From Alphaproteobacteria bacterium (GTDB taxonomy: Bacteria; Pseudomonadota; Alphaproteobacteria; SMXP01), in contig SMXP01000021.1 in assembly GCA_004356335.1 (NCBI GenBank), positions 1 to 40,322 of the forward strand: 40,322 nucleotides of DNA, read 5' to 3'. Made by a program: the position numbers and the translations under genes. Under the pieces are notes generated by a model, which was not told where the DNA came from, ran no database searches, and saw only the letters and a program-made list of their open reading frames with translations. The stretch's first letter is position 1. Each line of letters starts with the position of its first letter. Shown here piece after piece: positions 7,984-16,291 of this stretch.

Positions 7984-9195
7984 TTAAGCCTGCGCTTCCG
8001 CCAACCAGGACGTGATCGAGTGACCTCGAGCCCGCATTACCAATGCCTGAATAAGCCGCACTGCATGGAATATGAACGTAATGACACTCCACACCGCCAG
8101 CATGAGGAACCCGATATCAGGCCGTGCGATCAGGGCCCCGATCATCAATAAGGCCACGTTCGGGTTGCGCCGTGCCGAAAATAGCCGGAACACCGAATCC
8201 ACAGACTGCCACATGTGAATTTGAATGGAGAACGAAAAGACGAATATGCCTTCAATAACACGACAAGCGAGATAGCCCGCCACGATAATCACCATAGCCG
8301 TTTCCAGCCAGGGGCCAAACTGATCGTATTGGGTGGCGCCGAGGCCAATCCACCATGCCACCCACCAAAACGGCGGATGGATATGATCAATGCCATGATC
8401 GTAAATATCGCCCCATTGCGAATAGGTCATCGTAACGCGGGCAAGCTTGCCGTCGACCGTATCCAACAGGGCCATGAGCCAGGCAGTCATAATACCGCTC
8501 ATGAAGTAGCCCTTAGCGAACAGATAGGTTGTCGCAATGACCAAAATGAGACTTCCCGTGGTCACCGTATTCGGTTTGATGCCCCTATTGGCGGCCCACC
8601 GCGTCACCCGCAATGCAGGGATCGGCCAGAACCATTTGGTCACGAAATCGGTTACCCCTTTGTACGATTGGGTGAACATTTTCTTCTCGATGCCGCGCGC
8701 CGACATTTCGTTCAACGAAATCGCATAAGGCACTTCCCGTTTTCGCAGTCCCTTATTGTAGGCAGAACCTAGTTCCGACGGGCATAAAATCCTGAGTCCC
8801 AGAGCCTCTGCCGACGTGTCATCAAACGCACCCTTGGTCACAAGGGCATGTGCTAATTCGAATCGGCGGGCATCCCCCTCGGCTTCAAGATGGATAGCGA
8901 CCACTTTCCGTTGGCCGTTGGCCGTTGGCTCGGTGACCAGAAGTACATTGGGCGATGTGGTTAGATTTCGCACCAGACTGGGATGCAGAACCCATTCGGC
9001 CCCGACCACCAAAACAGCCCTATCGGGCTTGGCTCGTTTGGTGTCGACTTCGGCGCCGGACCGTGAAAAGCCACGCGCCAAATGCTCCTTGGGTGTCAGC
9101 CCCCAAATCCGCTGTTTGCAGTCGCCGACAATGCGTAGTACCGGCTTCGAGTTTCCCTCCACCGCATCCCGCGACTGCGGCTCTTCGACCGTCAA
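7984..9195 (-). CDS. CDP-alcohol phosphatidyltransferase-family membrane protein with N-terminal soluble domain of about 170 aa
   Basis: The signature is complete: DTVDGKLARVTMTYSQWGDIYDHGID fits D-x2-DG-x2-AR-x8-G-x3-D-x3-D. Multiple TM segments follow. TTG start 9195 has GGAGG 10 nt upstream. Confidence 0.85.
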   Translation of the reverse strand: MTVEEPQSRDAVEGNSKPVLRIVGDCKQRIWGLTPKEHLARGFSRSGAEVDTKRAKPDRAVLVVGAEWVLHPSLVRNLTTSPNVLLVTEPTANGQRKVVAIHLEAEGDARRFELAHALVTKGAFDDTSAEALGLRILCPSELGSAYNKGLRKREVPYAISLNEMSARGIEKKMFTQSYKGVTDFVTKWFWPIPALRVTRWAANRGIKPNTVTTGSLILVIATTYLFAKGYFMSGIMTAWLMALLDTVDGKLARVTMTYSQWGDIYDHGIDHIHPPFWWVAWWIGLGATQYDQFGPWLETAMVIIVAGYLACRVIEGIFVFSFSIQIHMWQSVDSVFRLFSARRNPNVALLMIGALIARPDIGFLMLAVWSVITFIFHAVRLIQALVMRARGHSITSWLAEAQA

Positions 9196-9485
9196 TGCCC
9201 TCTTGCCTCCAAATTAAGTCTTCGATTAAACACCGCTTGCCCGCGCTTTGAGGCGGATTTGCGACCATATCGACAAGGTCGATTTCTTGGGGGGTACAAA
9301 TAGCATTATTGAAACTTTCACCAAAGCTTACTACCCCTTGTGAGGTGGCCGGCGCGCCGCGATCCTGGCTGCCGGACTCACCTGGTCGCTAGAGCGAAAT
9401 ATGCTGATGTCTTGCGCTATCCGGGGCTTTCGGGGCATCACACAGGCCACGAATTTTTGTTTGAATCGAAAGGTATTTCAAAACC

Positions 9486-9932
9486 ATGACAAAAAGTGAT
9501 TGGGTCAATGAGACGATTCTCAAGTTCGGATATCCCAAAACCCTTGTCGCCGAATCCACCCATTGGGTGATACTCCTGCGGCCACGTCAAGCGACGTTGG
9601 GCGCCCTGATCCTGGCCCATAAGGGACATGCGACGTCGTGGGGGCAGATTGAGGCGGGCGCCTTCGAAGAGCTCAAGAAAATCACCTCGGGCGTCGAAAA
9701 TGCCCTGTCCAAAGCCGTCGAATTCAAAAAGCTCAATTACCTGATGTTGATGATGGTGGATCCACAGGTTCATTTTCATGTTCTGCCCCGCTACGATCGC
9801 GACCAGACGTTCGCGGATATTGTTTTTCCTGATCCGGGATGGCCCGGCCCGCCGGATCTAGGTTACGCCCCCGATCTTGATCCGGGCGCTTTTGAACGAT
9901 TGCGCCAGCACATACGCAGTCACTGGGCCTAA
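9486..9932 (+). CDS. HIT-superfamily nucleotide hydrolase/transferase-like protein
   Basis: 148 aa. QVHFHVLPRY aligns with the HIT motif HxHxHVLPR. The first His is Gln and the two distal His are kept. Divergent from the CDP-alcohol transferase operon. Confidence 0.6.
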   Translation: MTKSDWVNETILKFGYPKTLVAESTHWVILLRPRQATLGALILAHKGHATSWGQIEAGAFEELKKITSGVENALSKAVEFKKLNYLMLMMVDPQVHFHVLPRYDRDQTFADIVFPDPGWPGPPDLGYAPDLDPGAFERLRQHIRSHWA

Positions 9933-9940
9933 ACGATTAT

Positions 9941-11356
9941 TTAAATTCGCGCCAACAGCCGTGACGCGATAACAAACAACAAAATGGCAGCCACAAGGTT
10001 GCCGATCAAAGCGGCAACGCCAGCGCCGATCAAACCTATTTCCATTAACAACACAATGATGGCGCTGACATGCACAATGCCCGCAACAAGCTTGATATAT
10101 AATGCCAGCTGCGGGCGGCCGATTGCATACAATGTTGGTTCAAAGGCAAACGTCGCCATGGCAACAGACGATGCAAGTGTGAGAATCAACAAGACGCCAT
10201 AAGCGTCGGCGAAGTCGTCACCGAAAAGATAAAAAAGTACCGGTTGGCCGGCAACAAATACAATAACGGTAAAAAGGCTACCGATCAGAAGGCCTAGTTT
10301 GCCCGACTTAAAGACGATCTGTCGCAAATAGGCGCCGCTCTGCGAACCCGCGAGCTTTGCCAATTCCGGGTAGATCGTGCTGTTAAACAACTGGGCCGCT
10401 TTGGTCAGTGCTCCGGCAATCTCCTGGGCCACTTTGAGAAGGGCAGCCCCGGCCGGACCAAGAATGAAACCAACAGACAGAGTCGCGATATACGTACTGG
10501 CCATATTAGCGGTGCCGTGGAAATTGGCCGTCCAAACAAATGGCCATATGCCTTCGTGGGGGGATGCCAATCCACGCAAACGCCAATCCATGCCTTCGGT
10601 CACTTTTTGCCTTTTTAATTCGCGCCACCCGAGACAAACTAAAACCAGCGCGCTCAATGCACCTGCAATAAACCAAACTAAAAGATAGATCTGCCAACTT
10701 GCGCCCATATAACTGGCAATCCCTACACCAATCAATCGCAAGATAGGCACGATCAACGCTTGAAATCCCAACAAATCGAATCGGTTGAACAATCGCAACA
10801 CACCCAAAGGCGTCGATTTGACGTTGATCAGAATGAGCACACAATAAACCGTTGCAAGCGGCACCGCATCGGGCGCAAGACCGAACCTTGGTCCAACATA
10901 TTGAATGGCAATAGCCCCGATAAGAAATCCGATTACCGCACTTGCCACGTCGAGACACAGTGTCAGTTTTAACAATTTCTGAAAGGCGCCGAGATCGTCT
11001 TTATCGAGATAGGCCGCGCCGTAACGAATGAGTGCTTGCCAGGATTTGAAGGAAACGATTTCTCGGACGAACGCCGAATAAGTATGAATTAAGACAATGA
11101 TGCCGAACTGAGCAGCACCCAATGCCTGTGCGGCAAGGGAAAGGTAGGCAACGCCCGCAACAACAGCCACGCCCTTACTACTGACCACAATGCCCGTATT
11201 TTTAAGCACCCGCCGGAACAAATGATCGGGCGACCAGCCATCCGATTGTCGTTGTGTAACATCGGTCGCAGAACCGGACGTGATGGAGCCTTCCGGCGAT
11301 GGGGCGTCGGCGTCGGAGGCCATCCCTTTTTGATTGTCCCGAGTGGTCATTTTCAC
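9941..11356 (-). CDS. MOP/Wzx-type polysaccharide or lipid-linked-substrate flippase
   Basis: 471 aa with at least 12 hydrophobic segments, like proteins annotated as lipopolysaccharide biosynthesis / Polysacc_synt. GTG 11356 overlaps the upstream TGA (GTGA). An alternative ATG lies at 11350. Confidence 0.7.
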   Translation of the reverse strand: MKMTTRDNQKGMASDADAPSPEGSITSGSATDVTQRQSDGWSPDHLFRRVLKNTGIVVSSKGVAVVAGVAYLSLAAQALGAAQFGIIVLIHTYSAFVREIVSFKSWQALIRYGAAYLDKDDLGAFQKLLKLTLCLDVASAVIGFLIGAIAIQYVGPRFGLAPDAVPLATVYCVLILINVKSTPLGVLRLFNRFDLLGFQALIVPILRLIGVGIASYMGASWQIYLLVWFIAGALSALVLVCLGWRELKRQKVTEGMDWRLRGLASPHEGIWPFVWTANFHGTANMASTYIATLSVGFILGPAGAALLKVAQEIAGALTKAAQLFNSTIYPELAKLAGSQSGAYLRQIVFKSGKLGLLIGSLFTVIVFVAGQPVLFYLFGDDFADAYGVLLILTLASSVAMATFAFEPTLYAIGRPQLALYIKLVAGIVHVSAIIVLLMEIGLIGAGVAALIGNLVAAILLFVIASRLLARI

Positions 11357-12162
11357 TGTCGCGCAAGCAAGATTTTTTCCGCTAGTTCCAGATCAGCCAT
11401 TTTATCAACATCGATGGCGGCTTCGGGAAACGGCAGGTTGACGGGCCTTGCCACAAGGCCAAGCCGATTCGAAGCGCGGTCTAACGCCTTAACCAATGTC
11501 GGTCGCCTCAGAAAAAACATTATAATGGTCAATAGACCAAATGCCCAAATTATGCGCCAGGGCCGTTTGCGATGGCGAACCACATCCCGCCAGAATTCCG
11601 CCGCCTTAAGTCCCTTCGCCGTTCGAAAGACGAAAAGATTGCACGAAGAATATTTGTCGTCCTTGAAAGGAAGGTAGGTTCGTTGAGCATCCGGAAATTT
11701 CTCTTGGATCAACCGGCCGGACGTAAAGGCAATCGATAAGTCGGCCGATGCTTTGAGCAACTCTTTACAGAAATAGTCGACAATCTCAACCGTCAGAAGA
11801 GCATTGTCTCCGGTTGTTACCAATAGGGGGAAAGGATCGGAAAGAGAGTGGGCGGCCGTCAAGAGACTATCAGGCGCGCTCCTTGCCGAAGGCATAAATT
11901 CAATGGCACCTTGATCCAGAAAGTCCTGCAACACCGGTATTGCCTCCAAGGCCTCGGCCTGATCCCCAACCACGATTATGCGCCCAATCCGGTGGCTGAC
12001 TTTCAAGGCATCAATAACACGCAGCAAAATTGGTGTCCCCGCTGCCGCCATGTAACACTTGTTATGTTGCCAAACCGACTCAATTGCATCACTCCCGGAA
12101 TGTCGCCCAGCTAAGATGAGCGCAGTAAAGAGTTGAGATTGTGACGCCAATTCCTCTGCCAC
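11353..12162 (-). CDS. MobA-like (NTP_transf_3) nucleotidyltransferase-family protein with C-terminal hydrophobic segment
   Basis: 269 aa. It has LFTALILAGRHSGSDAIE (G-loop-like), ..MAAAGTPILLRVIDAL and LLVTTGDNALL. GTG start 2 nt after the upstream stop. Confidence 0.6.
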   Translation of the reverse strand: MAEELASQSQLFTALILAGRHSGSDAIESVWQHNKCYMAAAGTPILLRVIDALKVSHRIGRIIVVGDQAEALEAIPVLQDFLDQGAIEFMPSARSAPDSLLTAAHSLSDPFPLLVTTGDNALLTVEIVDYFCKELLKASADLSIAFTSGRLIQEKFPDAQRTYLPFKDDKYSSCNLFVFRTAKGLKAAEFWRDVVRHRKRPWRIIWAFGLLTIIMFFLRRPTLVKALDRASNRLGLVARPVNLPFPEAAIDVDKMADLELAEKILLARQ

Positions 12163-12164
12163 TG

Positions 12165-13367
12165 TTAAAGTGCCTTCTCGTACATGCGATAAACTTTATA
12201 GGGGCGTCCGCCAATTGCCTCAATCATATTGCGCATGGCCGTATTGTCTTCGAGTATCCATGACATCTCACTTTTCTTGATTCCCCTTTCCAGGTGGCTC
12301 GCGTAAATATTCTCTATCGTTCCGTAAGCAAAAACGGCACCAAGCGGTGTCGCTTGAAATTCCTTACGAACCCCCATCAAGGGCACTCGGACGGTGCTCA
12401 CCCGGTTCAATTTCAGGCGATAAAGCAAGCGCGCCCAGCCAAACGGAAAAAGCCTGCCGTCAAGATCACGTATCGCCTCATTGAGATTGGGCAATGCCAT
12501 AGCAAAGGCGACCGGCCTGCCTTCAAATTCAGCAAAGCAGACCGAATGGGAATTAATGAGAGGCCGCACCTCTTTGGCAAGGTGCCGAATTTCTTTTTCC
12601 GTGAAAGGCAGGAATCCCCAATTCTCCGACCACGCATCGTTAAAGATATCAGCGATAATGGCCATTTCTCGTTCATAGGCGCTCCAATTGAGCGGACGCA
12701 ACGTGATTTTCGGATCGTGTTTTCCGCGATCCACCAATCGGCTAACCGACGGCGGAATGCCGCCTTCGCTCAATGTGATCAAATAAGCGATTAGATCCTT
12801 CGCCTTTTGGTAGCCGCATTGCTCCAGCATGCTCCCATAATAGGGCCTCGCATGTCCCATCATGAGCATAGGCGGGTCATCAAACCCCTCTACAAGCACA
12901 CCGCATTCGTCATTGACCGAAAAATTGAAAGGTCCAAGGCTGCGGCGCATATTGCGCGAGCGCAGCCATTCCTCCGCCGCCGCAAGCAACGCCTCGAAGA
13001 CATCTTTCGAGTTAACCGCCTCCAAAAAGCCGATATGTCCCGTATGGGCATCGTGTTTTTCTAGAAAGCGGCGGTCAATCTGCGCACTCAGCCGGCCCAC
13101 GACTTCCCCGTCTTGCAACGCCAACCACAGCTGAACCTCTGCTTGGTCAAAGTAAGGATTATGTTTTGAACTTAAATGACGCAAGCGCTCGACAAGCAGC
13201 GGTGGAACCCACGCCGGGTCATCGGCGTATATCTTCCACGGCAGGCGGATGAAAGTTTTTAGATCTTTACGGGTCCTAACCGGAACGATGTGGATTGCGG
13301 AAACCCCATTCGCATCTGGAGACGGAGTGGCCTCGCGCGTTATCGAAGACGGCTCAAATGTCGGCAT
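12165..13367 (-). CDS. large (about 400 aa) GNAT-fold N-acyltransferase; candidate bacterial ceramide synthase (tentative)
   Basis: ORF 12165..13427. The likely start is ATG 13367 (MPTFEPSS), sharing 1 nt with the upstream TGA (TGATG). Motifs FIRLPWKIYADDPAWVPPLL, GRLSAQIDRRF, GFLEAV and GPFNFSVNDECGVLVEGFD belong to a family often mislabelled dATP pyrophosphohydrolase. Confidence 0.55.
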   Translation of the reverse strand: MPTFEPSSITREATPSPDANGVSAIHIVPVRTRKDLKTFIRLPWKIYADDPAWVPPLLVERLRHLSSKHNPYFDQAEVQLWLALQDGEVVGRLSAQIDRRFLEKHDAHTGHIGFLEAVNSKDVFEALLAAAEEWLRSRNMRRSLGPFNFSVNDECGVLVEGFDDPPMLMMGHARPYYGSMLEQCGYQKAKDLIAYLITLSEGGIPPSVSRLVDRGKHDPKITLRPLNWSAYEREMAIIADIFNDAWSENWGFLPFTEKEIRHLAKEVRPLINSHSVCFAEFEGRPVAFAMALPNLNEAIRDLDGRLFPFGWARLLYRLKLNRVSTVRVPLMGVRKEFQATPLGAVFAYGTIENIYASHLERGIKKSEMSWILEDNTAMRNMIEAIGGRPYKVYRMYEKAL

Positions 13368-14137
13368 CAATTCTTGGCAGCAACGATCGGGGCTGTCTCG
13401 GAACCCGTGGACAATTGTGCCACCCAAGGATATCGCTTGGCTTCGCTGTCCGTGTAACCCAAATTTCGCGCGGTTGGGCTACGCGGCACCGAACTGTTGC
13501 TGTCATAATAGGACGAGAAAAACCTGTCCCACAAATAGTTGGTAATGCCGTAATTGCCCGTCTCATTGTGAAAGTGGTGAGCCATATGCAATTGCTTGAT
13601 TCGCTCGAGAAAAGCGCTCTTTGGCGCATATCCCAGATGTTGACTGCAATGACAAAACTCATAAAAGCAAGTGACCAGGATGCCTGCCGCAAGTCCAATT
13701 GCCGCCCCCGACAAACCGCCAATAAGCCCGCCCATGGGCGCGGTCACGACCACAACCGTCGGCAGCGTGGTATGCAGACCGCCGAACAGCACCGCCATAT
13801 CGTTCGGATTCTGATGATGATCGAAATGTATCCGCTTCCAAAGCGCTGCCGTCATCTCCGATTTATAAAGCCAGCGACCGTGCAGAAGGAAACGGTGAAG
13901 AACATACCAAACAAGAGGATAAACCAAAATGACAACCACCACGACAATCGCCAAATCAGCCAATCGACCGAGCGAATAAACCGCCAAAATACACAGCGCG
14001 AAAAACAACATGAGATAGACTTGAATTCCTGGATAGGTGAAATAGGCCTTGACCAGGTCATTTAGAGACATCTTGTCCAGAAGATATTTCTGACTCTTCC
14101 AGGTCTTGTAACTCATAAACACGAGAGTCGCTCCCAA
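13367..14137 (-). CDS. fatty-acid hydroxylase / sterol-desaturase-superfamily membrane di-iron enzyme
   Basis: His boxes HRFLLH, HFDHHQNP and HMAHHFHNE, with an N-terminal TM pair. First gene of a four-gene overlapping operon. Confidence 0.8.
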   Translation of the reverse strand: MGATLVFMSYKTWKSQKYLLDKMSLNDLVKAYFTYPGIQVYLMLFFALCILAVYSLGRLADLAIVVVVVILVYPLVWYVLHRFLLHGRWLYKSEMTAALWKRIHFDHHQNPNDMAVLFGGLHTTLPTVVVVTAPMGGLIGGLSGAAIGLAAGILVTCFYEFCHCSQHLGYAPKSAFLERIKQLHMAHHFHNETGNYGITNYLWDRFFSSYYDSNSSVPRSPTARNLGYTDSEAKRYPWVAQLSTGSETAPIVAAKN

Positions 14138-14307
14138 GTTGACGTCCTAAGATATGCGGCTTTGTGGCCCGAAAATAGACGGTAAAACGTCGCATTCGAG
14201 GGCCGACTGCCCGGGGATTCGGGCCGGCACGCCCATTTCTGCGTACCCGGCCCTATTTGAATCAATTCGGCGGACAATTGCAACCGATCGACCAAAACCC
14301 GCAAAAG

Positions 14308-14346
14308 CTAGAGTGTTTCCAAGAAAACCGGGTTCGTTCATCCTAG
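14308..14346. repeat. Mosaic hairpin repeat locus R5 (truncated B1-like module)
   Basis: ctagagtgtttccaagaaaaccgggttcgttcatcctag shares its first 25 nt or so with module B and R4. Confidence 0.6.
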
Positions 14347-14351
14347 CCGCT

Positions 14352-14948
14352 TTATTTTTTTGACGGCCAATTTTTCAACACAATCTCCACATCGGCGCCG
14401 TTTTCACCGACTTCGAAGGACAGGTCGCTAAATTTCGGTACCCTTAATCGTATTCGCGGATTGTTCGACAAGCCGAACGGCTCCTTGGGAAAACCCAACC
14501 AATTCTTGTCGAATTTTCTATTCCCGTTGATGTCGTGATAAACCGCAATGGCATAAGTGCCATATGTTTCCACCGGAACACATAAACGGACCTGGTCAAA
14601 CGCTGCCGACACCCGCGTGCGCGAGATTTTCATACCTTTCTTGAGGATATGATCCGGGTTGTCGGCAAGAAGGTCCACCACAATCGACCCGCTCGCCGTC
14701 CTTACATCTTGCACCGTAACCAATATATGAGATGCTAATTGGGCGCAGCCGGCGACACCGAGGCTTTGTGAAGGCACGGCTGAAACCACAACGCCCAAGA
14801 CCACAATGAGCGCTGCCAGCGGCCAATATAGAGCAGGCCGAAGAAAAGATATTACAGCCGGTAAATAAAAAGTGACCGGCGATAAACGAGAATTATTGTG
14901 GATTGAAGGGTCCAACCCACTGAAATTGAGCAAATCTCTCAATATCAT
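14352..14948 (-). CDS. DUF2141-like exported/anchored protein
   Basis: ORF 14352..14987. The start is uncertain (GTG 14987, ATG 14963 or ATG 14948). It has a TM/signal segment PLAALIVVLGVVVSAV and a C-terminal YAIAVYHDINGNRKFDKNWLGFPKEPFGLSNN, which I recognise as the DUF2141 signature. Confidence 0.6.
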   Translation of the reverse strand: MILRDLLNFSGLDPSIHNNSRLSPVTFYLPAVISFLRPALYWPLAALIVVLGVVVSAVPSQSLGVAGCAQLASHILVTVQDVRTASGSIVVDLLADNPDHILKKGMKISRTRVSAAFDQVRLCVPVETYGTYAIAVYHDINGNRKFDKNWLGFPKEPFGLSNNPRIRLRVPKFSDLSFEVGENGADVEIVLKNWPSKK

Positions 14949-15000
14949 GCCCCCCTGAAGCATATGAAACAGCAAACATTTACCCACTTAGCCCAACTAT

Positions 15001-15021
15001 TTGCGATAATGGATATCGCAA
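15001..15021. promoter_or_regulatory. Perfect 8-bp inverted repeat in the divergent DUF2141 / lptF promoter region (candidate operator)
   Basis: TTGCGATA-atgga-TATCGCAA, located 56 nt upstream of the lptF ATG (15077). Confidence 0.35.
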
Positions 15022-15076
15022 GCCGGGTCAAGATTACGATGCCCTCTGTTGAGTTCACGAAAATGCGGCGAACGAA

Positions 15077-16291
15077 ATGAGTTTGGTCAACCGATACATA
15101 TTGCGACAACTAATTGTCTATTCGGCAACGATCATGTTGATTGCCTTGGCCGCGCTGTTGCTCGAACGCATGCTTAGGTTGCTCGATCTGACGGTAAATT
15201 CAGATGGTATGATCGGTTATGTCTCGCAAATGCTACTGAATCTAATTCCGCATTATTTGGGAATCGCAATACCGACGACATTCTTTCTCGCAGTGCTTTT
15301 GACAGTGAGCCGCATGAGCCGCAACAGCGAGCTCACGGCGCTCAATGCAGCCGGCGTCGGACTGTTGAGATTGATGTATCCCATTATGGCGACAGCAATT
15401 TTACTAACGGCAATCACCGCAATATTACTCTCCGTCATTCAACCCTACAGCCGCTACACTCATCGATCGCTGGTTCACGACGTTAGCTACCGCTCTCTTG
15501 ACACGGCACTCAAGGAAGGTGCCTTCGTACATGCCGGCGACATGACTTTCATGGCGGAGGGCCGGTCAACAATGGGCGACATATTGACGAATGTCTTCGT
15601 GTTTAAGCGCAACGATGACGGAAGCTCTACTGTTACGACAGCACCCAAAGGTCTATTGCTAAAGGACGCCCCTGAGCTCGGTATGTCCCTCGGCCTTGAA
15701 AATGGCGTCCGCATTGATTTCACCAAACAAGGGAGTTTTGACCGCCGCTTGAGTTTTGAGTCGTTTTTGTGGCCGGTTAATATCGGCACTTTGGGGCCGT
15801 TCCGTGCCCGAGGTCGTGACGAACGCGAGCTGACCCTCACGGAACTTTGGCAGTATCGAAATTCCGCGCCAGAAAAAATCGGTAAAAATAAAATCGTTTC
15901 GGAGTTTCACGTGCGACTCGTGAAGATTCTGTCGATATTAATCTTGCCCCTCATGGCTGTGCCTTTGGGGCTCAATAATAGCCGCACCAGTCAATCCTGG
16001 GGTGTGGCACTCGGGGTACTCGTACTCATTGTCTACCAAAAAGTCATCGAGCTCGGCAGTGCGTTATCGGGGGTCGGCGCAGCATCTCCTTTGGTTAGCA
16101 TGTGGCTACCGTTTCTGTTGTTTTTAGTGGTCGGAGCGGGACTTTTTTATCACGTGAGTCGGCGCGTCACCGCCGACCCGACAGACTGGCTCGCACACCA
16201 ATTTGGTGGATTTGCGTCATGGGTGCAGGGATTTTTCGATCGCGCAAAAGATGGGGCGACCGTTGCTAGACGGCCGCAACAAACTAGATGA
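15077..16291 (+). CDS. lptF: LptF-type LPS export permease (YjgP/YjgQ family)
   Basis: 404 aa. The N-terminus NRYILRQL.. is typical of LptF/LptG. There are six hydrophobic segments with a large periplasmic insert between TM3 and TM4. Confidence 0.8.
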   Translation: MSLVNRYILRQLIVYSATIMLIALAALLLERMLRLLDLTVNSDGMIGYVSQMLLNLIPHYLGIAIPTTFFLAVLLTVSRMSRNSELTALNAAGVGLLRLMYPIMATAILLTAITAILLSVIQPYSRYTHRSLVHDVSYRSLDTALKEGAFVHAGDMTFMAEGRSTMGDILTNVFVFKRNDDGSSTVTTAPKGLLLKDAPELGMSLGLENGVRIDFTKQGSFDRRLSFESFLWPVNIGTLGPFRARGRDERELTLTELWQYRNSAPEKIGKNKIVSEFHVRLVKILSILILPLMAVPLGLNNSRTSQSWGVALGVLVLIVYQKVIELGSALSGVGAASPLVSMWLPFLLFLVVGAGLFYHVSRRVTADPTDWLAHQFGGFASWVQGFFDRAKDGATVARRPQQTR

